37,049 nt of DNA, from the NCBI GenBank assembly GCA_964546165.1, contig CAZJIV010000003.1, positions 1 to 37,049 on the forward strand, in the 5' to 3' direction. This DNA is from Candidatus Woesearchaeota archaeon. Lineage in GTDB: Archaea > Nanobdellota > Nanobdellia > Pacearchaeales > GW2011-AR1. The notes under the pieces are model-generated. The model worked only from the letters and a program-made list of their open reading frames with translations, made no database searches and was not told the origin of the DNA. The translations under genes were made by a program, and so were the position numbers. This document shows positions 1 through 8,400 of the stretch, in pieces; the stretch's first letter is position 1; the number at the start of each line of letters is the position of its first letter.

Positions 1-107
1 TTTCGCTTCCGGGATGGAATTATTATGTCGGAACAAATTTCCCAACTAAAATGGAGGAAGGTTATGAAGTTTCTGTTACCACCACAGAAAATTGGACACA
101 AATTTAA
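1..107 (+). CDS. 3' end of an upstream CDS (partial; last 34 codons)
   Basis: Frame 3 is open from the window edge to TAA at 105-107 (...SLPGWNYYVGTNFPTKMEEGYEVSVTTTENWTQI*). No start is visible and it is too short to identify. Confidence 0.3.
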   Translation, partial: SLPGWNYYVGTNFPTKMEEGYEVSVTTTENWTQI

Positions 108-112
108 TTAAC

Positions 113-1690
113 ATGAATAAAAATCAAATAGGAATGGATAAAGGAAAAATCTTAATTTTGGCACTTGCAGTTTTTGCATTGGTTTCAATGTATTCTGTGA
201 GTGCGCATTTTGTTTGCGGTCAGGTTCTTGATTCAAGTGATAATACTTCTGCTTCGTGGTCAACCGTAAGAATCTTTTATCCATCCAATCCGCTGAAGTT
301 CACGACTTGTCAGGTAAGTCCTCAGGAAAATAAATATTGTTGTGATTCTGAAGCAATTCCCGGGAAGACCTGGAAAATTGGAGATGTTGTTTCTGCAGAG
401 ATTTTTGAATCTCACGATGATCTTGCTGCAGGACCTGTTTCTGTAACAACGACAGGAGAATCTTATGACATATTTCCCACTATGCAACTTGAGAAAGTTA
501 TTAATGTTTACAAGCCAAATTCTTCGCTGATTATTTCCAAGAATCCAAATGTTTTGCTTAATGCAAGTTTCCTTCCACCTTATAATACTGTTTCGTTGAA
601 TAACATAACCCTTTGCAACAACTGCAGCAATTTTTTTGGGAATGTTTCTGCTTCTTTTGGTGACAATAACTGGCAGATTTCTTCAACTGATGGAGCGAAT
701 ATATTTTACAAAAATATTTCCTTTACTTTGATTAAAAATTATAATTTTACAAGAAAGCTCGAGTGTGATAACTGCAAGGGGCTTTCGGTAAAAGACGGAA
801 GCGTATTTGCTGTTTTCCTAAAAATTAATTTGTCCAATCCTGTGAATAACCAGATTCTTACTGAGAGTGTTCCTTCTGATTTCAAGATTTTGAATTCCAC
901 AGGAAGCATAAGTATTTACAGTTCTGATTATAATACAATCTCCTGGAATGTTTCCGGGAGTTACATTGAAGAAAATTATACTCTTGAAGCACCAAGCAAT
1001 TTTTGGGCCTCTGATTATGAGTTTTCGACCGAATTGGGAGGAGAAATTATTAATACTGACGAGGTAAATGTTTTCAAGCTGGTTAATTTTTTCCCGGTTA
1101 GACATCAAAAGAGATATTATGGAATGCCTTCTGTTCTCTATCTAAGAGTTTCCAATAAAGAGCCTTATGTAATTCATGATAATGGGAATTTGATTGACGT
1201 CGCTTTTTTCCCAAATTCCACTTTGAATAACGTACAGTTTCAAGTTCTGAATTGGACTCCTTCTGAAAAAATCAAGAATGCAATTTCTTATTACCTTATA
1301 AAATCAAACATTGAGCAAAGTCAATGGGGGAAGACCTATGTGGATTTTAAAGTCAATAAAAATTCTGTTAAAAATTCAAGTGACGTATTATTTATGAGCT
1401 ATAATAATAGCAAATGGAATCCCAGCAACATAACTCTGTATAATCAGGATAATGAAAATTTTTATTTCAGAGGATTCATAACCGGAAATGCGTTCGCGAT
1501 TGTAGGCAATAGGACAGAATCTCCTGTGGCCGCCCCAGTTTATCTTGGATTTAGAAATTTTTTTACAGGTAATGTTGTTTATTCTGGAAATCAAACGGGC
1601 AATTTGCGAAGTCTTTTCAATTTTAGGAAATCTGCCCTTGTGGGGAATGTTGGTGCATTTGCGGACTCTTTGTTGAGGATTCTTTCTTGA
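113..1690 (+). CDS. hypothetical secreted or N-terminally anchored glycoprotein
   Basis: The ORF-track start at 92 is a TTG; the first in-frame ATGs are at 113 and 134. A hydrophobic segment ILILALAVFALVSMYSVSA is followed by a Cys-containing domain (HFVCGQV...CQVSPQENKYCCDSEAIPG). N-x-S/T sequons are dense. No family recognised. Confidence 0.7.
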   Translation: MNKNQIGMDKGKILILALAVFALVSMYSVSAHFVCGQVLDSSDNTSASWSTVRIFYPSNPLKFTTCQVSPQENKYCCDSEAIPGKTWKIGDVVSAEIFESHDDLAAGPVSVTTTGESYDIFPTMQLEKVINVYKPNSSLIISKNPNVLLNASFLPPYNTVSLNNITLCNNCSNFFGNVSASFGDNNWQISSTDGANIFYKNISFTLIKNYNFTRKLECDNCKGLSVKDGSVFAVFLKINLSNPVNNQILTESVPSDFKILNSTGSISIYSSDYNTISWNVSGSYIEENYTLEAPSNFWASDYEFSTELGGEIINTDEVNVFKLVNFFPVRHQKRYYGMPSVLYLRVSNKEPYVIHDNGNLIDVAFFPNSTLNNVQFQVLNWTPSEKIKNAISYYLIKSNIEQSQWGKTYVDFKVNKNSVKNSSDVLFMSYNNSKWNPSNITLYNQDNENFYFRGFITGNAFAIVGNRTESPVAAPVYLGFRNFFTGNVVYSGNQTGNLRSLFNFRKSALVGNVGAFADSLLRILS

Positions 1691-2099
1691 ATGCTATTTT
1701 TACCCTGTTGTTAAACATTAGGTAACTTCCTACAAGAAGATTGAAGGCAAGGTTTATCGAGCTTAGATAAGAACCTTCTATGACTGAAATTATTCCGCCT
1801 ATGACATTCAGAGTGCAGAAAGCTGCAAGCGTTATTCTTGCTCCATTATTTTTCCCTTGCAGTCCATATGCTATGAAGAACGAAATTCCTGCGAGTATTA
1901 TAAAAACAATCCCGAGAGCTATAAATGCTGAGGAAGATGCAGCAATTGCAGAGGGGAAACCAGGAATTTTTTCTATAATTTTCGGGGCTGTGAATGAAAC
2001 AACAGCTATTGCAAGCGAGAACACTGTTGCAATGTAATATATTATAGAAATTATCTTTATCCAGATTAGAGAATCTTTTTGGAGGAGCACCAATCCCAT
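1623..2099 (-). CDS. small integral membrane protein (about four hydrophobic helices)
   Basis: 158-aa ORF with successive long hydrophobic stretches (IISIIYYIATVFSLAIAVVSF, FIALGIVFIILAGISFFIAYGL, ITLAAFCTLNVIGGIISVI, INLAFNLLVGSYLMF). Its 3' tail overlaps the convergent gene by 68 nt. Confidence 0.6.
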   Translation of the reverse strand: MGLVLLQKDSLIWIKIISIIYYIATVFSLAIAVVSFTAPKIIEKIPGFPSAIAASSSAFIALGIVFIILAGISFFIAYGLQGKNNGARITLAAFCTLNVIGGIISVIEGSYLSSINLAFNLLVGSYLMFNNRVKIAFKKESSTKSPQMHQHSPQGQIS

Positions 2100-2167
2100 T
2101 TTTTATTTAATCTGAGACAATTTATTAACTTTCCTGAAATCTTATGGTATTACTAAGTATTATTTAG

Positions 2168-2192
2168 TATTACTTAATAATATTAAGTAATA
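2168..2192. promoter_or_regulatory. perfect 12-bp inverted repeat with a 1-nt centre (TATTACTTAATA-A-TATTAAGTAATA); candidate operator
   Basis: Read directly: 2168-2179 is the exact reverse complement of 2181-2192. The half-site GTATTACT also occurs as a direct repeat at 2147-2154 and 2167-2174. The palindrome ends at the TATA box at 2193-2200. Confidence 0.55.
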
Positions 2193-2200
2193 TTTATAAA
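2193..2200 (+). promoter_or_regulatory. archaeal TATA box (TTTATAAA) for the RHH/giant-gene transcript
   Basis: Consensus-like octamer 48 nt upstream of the ATG at 2248. A GAGGTGA Shine-Dalgarno lies at 2237-2243. The same octamer recurs at 15759-15766. Confidence 0.5.
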
Positions 2201-2247
2201 CGTTGCTACCTCTTTTCTATTACATTCCTGGGGAATGAGGTGAATTA

Positions 2248-2418
2248 ATGAAAGATAGAGCTAGTTTTACTTTGGACAAAGAGACACTGGATATCCTGGA
2301 TAAGCTGTCTGAGAAGAGCAAGTACAGGAACAAGTCGCATATTGTCGAAGAGGCGATAAAACTTCTGGGTAAGAACGAGGACCTGGAAGATAAAGAAAAG
2401 GAGGTGAAAAATGAATAA
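2248..2418 (+). CDS. ribbon-helix-helix (CopG/Arc/MetJ-type) DNA-binding protein, 56 aa
   Basis: Not in the ORF track (<60 aa). My translation is MKDRASFTLDKETLDILDKLSEKSKYRNKSHIVEEAIKLLGKNEDLEDKEKEVKNE*. It shows a beta-strand (ASFTLD), helix (KETLDILDKLSEKS), loop and helix (SHIVEEAIKLL) pattern like CopG. A GAGGTGA SD lies 4-5 nt upstream. The stop at 2416-2418 overlaps the ATG of the giant gene. Confidence 0.75.
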   Translation: MKDRASFTLDKETLDILDKLSEKSKYRNKSHIVEEAIKLLGKNEDLEDKEKEVKNE

Positions 2419-5400
2419 AAAATCTATGTACAGGCTAAGCGCTGCAACTGTGGGGGTTGCAGTAATTCTTGCCTTGGTGATTTTTGTTCTTCTGCCGGTG
2501 CTTTCTTCACAGCCGATTTCAAAAAGCAGTTACACGCTTGGAGAAAATGTAAAAATAGATTTGTCAGGACAAAATGTAAGTGTCAAGATAATCACACCTT
2601 CGACATCTTATGTTGTCCGAGCCTCTGGCTCTTTCATCTTTCAACCAAACGAAACAGGAATGTATCATGTTATTTTCGGAAACGAGACACAGATATTTAC
2701 TGTTGTTGATAACGGGCAATTTGAAAATGTAAGCCAGGAGAGCAATCAGTTTTCAAACCAATCTGAAATTCCAAACGGAGAGGTTGTGCCCCCAGGGTAT
2801 TCTTCGCAGATTGTGCTTGGGCAACCTGTAGTCTGGAGAAAAAGTCTGGAACAAAATTCAAGCGGGACTGTAAATCTTACACTCCCCCCTGAAGCGAAGA
2901 ATATTGATGTTAACAGATTTAATGGGGAGAAAGTGGAGAAAGCAAATTTCAAGGTTTCTGGTTCTCAGGATTTCTCACTTCTTGAATCAATTGTAAATTT
3001 CATAACAAATAACCCTTCAAATAAAACAAATCAATCTGTGAATGTTAATGTTACAGACAATTCTACCTATCAAGTTGAGTATGAAACTCCTGCGCCTTAT
3101 TCCGTTGAGAGCGACCTGAAAAATGGCAAGAGGGTCAAGATGGTTGATCCAACAAATCTTTACTACCAAAATGTTCTATCTTTTACAAATCTTCCAGAGA
3201 GCCTTAACATTACAAATCCCTCTAATGTTAAAATCTATTGGGTAGAGAACAAGAGTTATATCCCTGCCAAAAGTGTTGTTGACACGAATGGAGATGGAAT
3301 TTATGATTATGTTGAATGGATAACACCCCACCTCTCTAATGAAACTTTTGATATCATAGTTGCGAGTCAAGCAGAACATCTTGATGCAAACAGAACTTTT
3401 GTATCTGATATTTACAATCAAATTAAGTCTCTTGATGGGGTTTGGAGCGAGACAATTCCTGACGGAGATTTTGTTAGAGTAACTTTTGAAAAAAATTTAA
3501 CGAACGCCAATGATATTACTTTGTTTCCAAAGATAATTTCAGGAACTCCAAAAATTGTTGTCTACGAAAAAAATAAGACAGTTCCGGTGGCAGAATTTAA
3601 TTCTTTGTTGAATGATACCTATAATATTGTCTCTCTGCTTAATTTAAATGGAACTCAGGATGTTTTTGATCTTCAGGTCTTGAATGGTTCTGTTCAATTT
3701 GATGAGATCGTTGACCCAACAGCAAAGGTCGTTTACAACACTTCTGGAACTTTTAATTTCACTGTTCCTGCCGGTATAACAAATGTTACAATAAAAGCCT
3801 GGGGAGCAGGCGGTGGCGGCGGCTCTGGTGGTGGAGCGGGACTTACGGGAGGTACTGGAGGGGCTGGAGGTTTTGCACAAGCTACTGTAACGGTTACACC
3901 TGGTAATAATCTTACTGTTGTTGTCGGTTCAGGGGGTGGTCCAGGAGGTGCAGGAAGTCAAGCTGCAGGAGCAGGCGGCGGCGGCGGAGGAGTTACAGGA
4001 GTTTTTAATGGTGCCATGACTCAGACAAATGCACTTACCGTTGCAGGAGCAGGCGGCGGCGGCGGCGGCGGCGATAATTCAGCTGTTAATGGTGGAGCAG
4101 GAGGCGCCGGTGGAGGAACAAGTGGAGTTGCAGGTACTGCTGCAGGAACTGGAGGCGGTGGCGGTGCAGGAACACAAACTGGCGGTGGAGCTGCTGGAAG
4201 CGGTGCAGGAAGTCCAACTGCAGGAAGTGCTCTTACAGGTGGAAATGGGGGAATAGGACAGGGAACTGCCGGGACTGGTGGCGGCGTTGCAGGAACTCCA
4301 AATGGTGGAACTGGTGGAAATGATGGAAGCTTCTCTGGAGGCGGCGGTGCAGGAGGTGCAGGCTACTTTGGCGGTGGCGGCGGCGGCACTAATAGTGGAG
4401 GCGCAAACTCTGGAGGCGGCGGTGGCGGCGGCTCTGGCCGTGTAACAGGAACATCCACAACTTTAACAGCAGGTTCCGGAACAAGTGTTGCTAATTCAGG
4501 AGATACAGATTATCAATCAGGTTTTGGTGTTGGGGGTTCTGCAGGGGCAGGAAACAATGGTCCTGGTGGAAATGGGGGTTCAGGGCTTATAGTCATAAGT
4601 TATATTTATTCAAATCCCACAATAACATGGAATGATTCAACTGTTGATTTTGGAACACATCTTCAATCTGGAGGCAACAGGAGCAATTCGACTTTAATTT
4701 ATTCCGGGGGAACAAATGATAATGTTGCTGTTTCCTGTTCGAGCGGAGATTGTTCAAGCATAACAACTAATTTTACTTCTCTAAGTCTTACTTCCGGACA
4801 ATCTTCCCGAGTTTATTTTACATGCTCTAATGTTACATCCGGAAGCTTCTCAGCAGTTTATGGGGTAACCTCTGACCAAAGTCCGTTCCCTGACACAATA
4901 ACAGTTTCCTGCAGCATGCTCCCACCTCCTTGGTATAATACAACTTTTAATTATTGTAAAAATATTACAATTGTAAACAGCGGCACTACTGCATTGACAA
5001 ATTTTCCTTCATATGTAAATATAACAAACTTCACTAATATGGACCCCACCTTGGATGATTTGAGGTTTGTAAACACTTTTTGTAACAATAGCGGGAGTGC
5101 TTTGCCTTTTGAAATTGAAAGCAGGGATTCAAATCATGCTGACGCTTGGGTCTTGACAAATCTCTCGACAGGAAACACAACAATTTCTGTTTATTATGGA
5201 AACACAACTTCTGTAAGTTCTGTTCAAAATGCAAGTGCCGTTTGGGGAAGCAGTTATATCGGAGTTTGGCATTTGCAGAATAGCAGTGGAAGCCTTAATG
5301 TAACAGACGCTTCTATTACAGGAAATGATGGAACAAATTCCGGGGCTACATTAACATCCGGTTTGATTGATGGGGCAGGAAGTTTTAATGGGGCCAGCAG

Positions 5401-8400
5401 TTATGTGAGCCTTCCGAATTCATTAACTTCTTCAAATGAATTTACTGTTTCTGCATGGTTTAAGACAACTGCAAATGGGGTAATATTCAGTGAGCAGAAT
5501 ACTGCTTACAGCGGGACTCCAAGTTCGTGGGATCCTGTCATGTATGTTGAGAGTACTGGACTTTTGCACGGGGGAATTTATACTGGAAGCATACCTGCTC
5601 TTGAAAGTTCTTCTGCAGTAAATGACGGAAACTGGCACAGAGGAACAGTAATTGTTGATACTGCAAATGCAAATCAATCTTTGTTTGTTGACGGTTCTTA
5701 TGTTGGAAGCGCTTCAGGAACTCCCGAGACCGCAGCATCCACTTACTATTATCTTGGAACTGGTTATACAAACAGCTGGACTAATACGAATAACGGCTGG
5801 TATTTTTTTAATGGTGCAATAGACCAAGTTGAACTTTCTAGTTCTTTGCTTTCTTCTTCATGGATTAAACAAAGTTATAATGCAGAAGCAGATGCAGGCT
5901 CTTACACTTTTTTTGGAAATGAAATACTTGCTCCCACTGTAAACAGACCTCCAACTACCCCAACAAACATTCAATGCAATGGGAATAACAATTGTAATAT
6001 AAACATAAATGATACAGTTACTCTTAAGGCAAGTGGTTCTACAGATTCTGAAGGAGATGCAATTACTTATGTCTTGGAAGCTTCTTTAGAGAATGATACT
6101 ACAACTTTGAACTCTACAGGGGCTAGTCTTTCTGGAGAAGGTGCTCCTACGACTACAGCATATACGAGTGCAGGAACTAATAGTTTTGTAGTTCCAACAG
6201 GAGTTACAAATGTTGTTGTTAAGGCTTGGGGTGCAGGCGGTGCTGGTGGAAGCGGCGGAAGCGATCCAACTAATGGTCAGGGAGGTAATGGAGCCGGCGG
6301 TGGTTTTGCAACCTCTAATTTAAGCGTTAGTGCTGGACAGACTCTTAATGTTCTTGTTGGTGGTGCCGGTCAGCCGGGTGTTGTTGCAGGAACCACTACT
6401 GCTGCAGGTGATGGTGGTGGCGGCGGAGGAAGGTCTGAAATTAACAGAAGCGGTACTGTCCTCTTGGTTGCTGCAGGTGGAGCCGGCGGCGGTGGCGGCG
6501 ATAATTCAGCAGGCGGCGGCAGTCAGCCAGGCGGCGCTGGTGGTGTTGGAGGGGGAACTACAGGGGGTGCTGGAACTCCTTCAAATAATGCTGGTGCAGG
6601 CGGCGGCGGAACTCAAAGCTCTGGCGGAGCTGCAGGAACAGGTGGTGCTACTTCTGGGACTGCAGGAAGCGCAAGAACAGGAGGACGAGGTGGTGATAAT
6701 AGTGCTGGGACAACAGGAAATGGCGGAACTGGTGGTCTTGGCGGCGGAGGAAATGGAGGCCAAGCAAGCAGTTCTGCTTATGGCGGTGGCGGTGGCGGTG
6801 GAGCTGGCTACTATGGCGGTGGCGGCGGAGCATCTTCTGCTGCAGGTGATGGTGGAGCCGGCGGTGGTGGCGGAGGCTCATCTTATGTCACTGGATTAGA
6901 TACTTCAACATCTTCAGGAAGTGGACAGAATGCAGGGAATAATATTGATACAGACTATTTAACCTATTCAAGTAATGCGGGTCATGGCGGTCCAGGGGCC
7001 AGTTATTGTACAGATGGTTCATGTGTGGGAACTTCTGGAACTGATGGGCTTGTTGTTTTAAGTTATATTACTGTAACAGGAAATGATACTAATTCCAGTT
7101 ATGTCACATATAACAATGTTGGGAGTGATTATCATCTTGTTACGAAAATTACTGTTACTGTAAATGTGACAGGATATGACCCAAGAGTCTCTGCAGGATA
7201 TTCAGATAATAAGCCAGATTTGTGGGTTGAAGCTTATAATGGGGGCTCGTGGATTTCTCTTGGAAAACTTAATCTTCCTTCTCTCTATACCGGAAGCGGG
7301 ATAAATACAACCGCCAAGAATTTCTCTGTGATAACCACTACTCCATCAGTCTTGGATAGCTGGAATGATACTTCAAATCAAGATATAAGAATTAAGGCAA
7401 TTTATATGGACACCAATTCTTCTTCGGCAGATAAAATAAACTATAGTAATGTTTGGGTTTCTATTGAGGGACATAAATGGGCTGTTATAGGAAATCATTC
7501 CGAATCAGGAAGTTTCGTATGGAACACTACTAGTGTTCCTCCACAGACAGGAGTTGACTTAAGGGCAAGAGCGATAGATTTGAATGGAAGTGATTCATAT
7601 TCAGATTATTATACAAAGGACTCTTTTATGAGCATAAAGAACAATTACCCTCCGACTGTTGCTATTAGCTATCCGGTAAATGGCTCTACGATGAGAGATG
7701 TCACTCCTCTTTTAGATGTTTCAACAAATGACACTGTGAACGCTCTTTGGTATTCTGTTAATGGCGGAACAAACCAGACGCTCTGCACTTTCTGTACCGG
7801 AGAATATCTTGTTAAGTATTTACATTTACCTGAAGGAATTAATACAGTAACTGCTTATGTAAATGATACCATTGGTAGGATTGGGAAATATTCGAGTTCA
7901 TTTAATATAAGTTTAAACGACAGTTATTATGACAATTATACAGACAACTCTTCAATAGCTCAGATAAATGGGGTAGTCTGGAATCCCGGAAGAGTTAATT
8001 ATGAAAGTGAAACATTGGAACATGGAACTTTCTTTGATGGTTTTGAGTCAGGGTTGCTTTCTTCGAATTGGACAACTTATACTGATAATACTTATGGAGA
8101 AATACTTGTTGATTCTTCAAATGGACCTTATGATGGAAGTTATCAAGTCTTAATGGACTCCAGTACAAACAATAATTATGCACTTGAGGAACTTATAACA
8201 AATTATGATTTTTCAGGAGCAAGCAACATAATGTTGAACTTTGCTGAGAGAGAATGGGCTGATGAAGATAATCCTTGCCCTGCAACCTGGAGCGGACACA
8301 ACGATTGTGACGGTGTTGCATTCACATGTGACGGAACAAATTGGTATCTGCTTTACAATCTTGTTGGGAGCAACAGTACTTCCACTTATGATTTAAAGGG

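Noticed and set aside
92-112. TTG start for the first long ORF, and the TTG start at 18550 for tyrS
   Set aside because: In-frame ATGs follow within 7 and 2 codons respectively. There is no evidence favouring the non-ATG codons.
4029-4256. 75-aa + strand ORF in another frame inside glycine-rich domain 1
   Set aside because: It is an alternative reading of GGC/GCA/GGA repeats (poly-A/E/Q/L product) lying entirely within the 13-kb CDS. This is a typical low-complexity frame artefact.
6330-6899. 189-aa + strand ORF and two - strand ORFs (6581-6763, 6648-6881) inside glycine-rich domain 2
   Set aside because: Same cause: GC-rich Gly-codon repeats lack stop codons in several frames. The products are repetitive (A/V/L/E/Q, or S/C/H/R-rich) with no start signals.
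3728-7070. GC-rich islands as evidence of horizontally acquired or mobile DNA
   Set aside because: The GC excess is confined to Gly-codon runs within one continuous reading frame and is bounded by conserved protein motifs. No integrase, transposase or flanking direct repeats are present.
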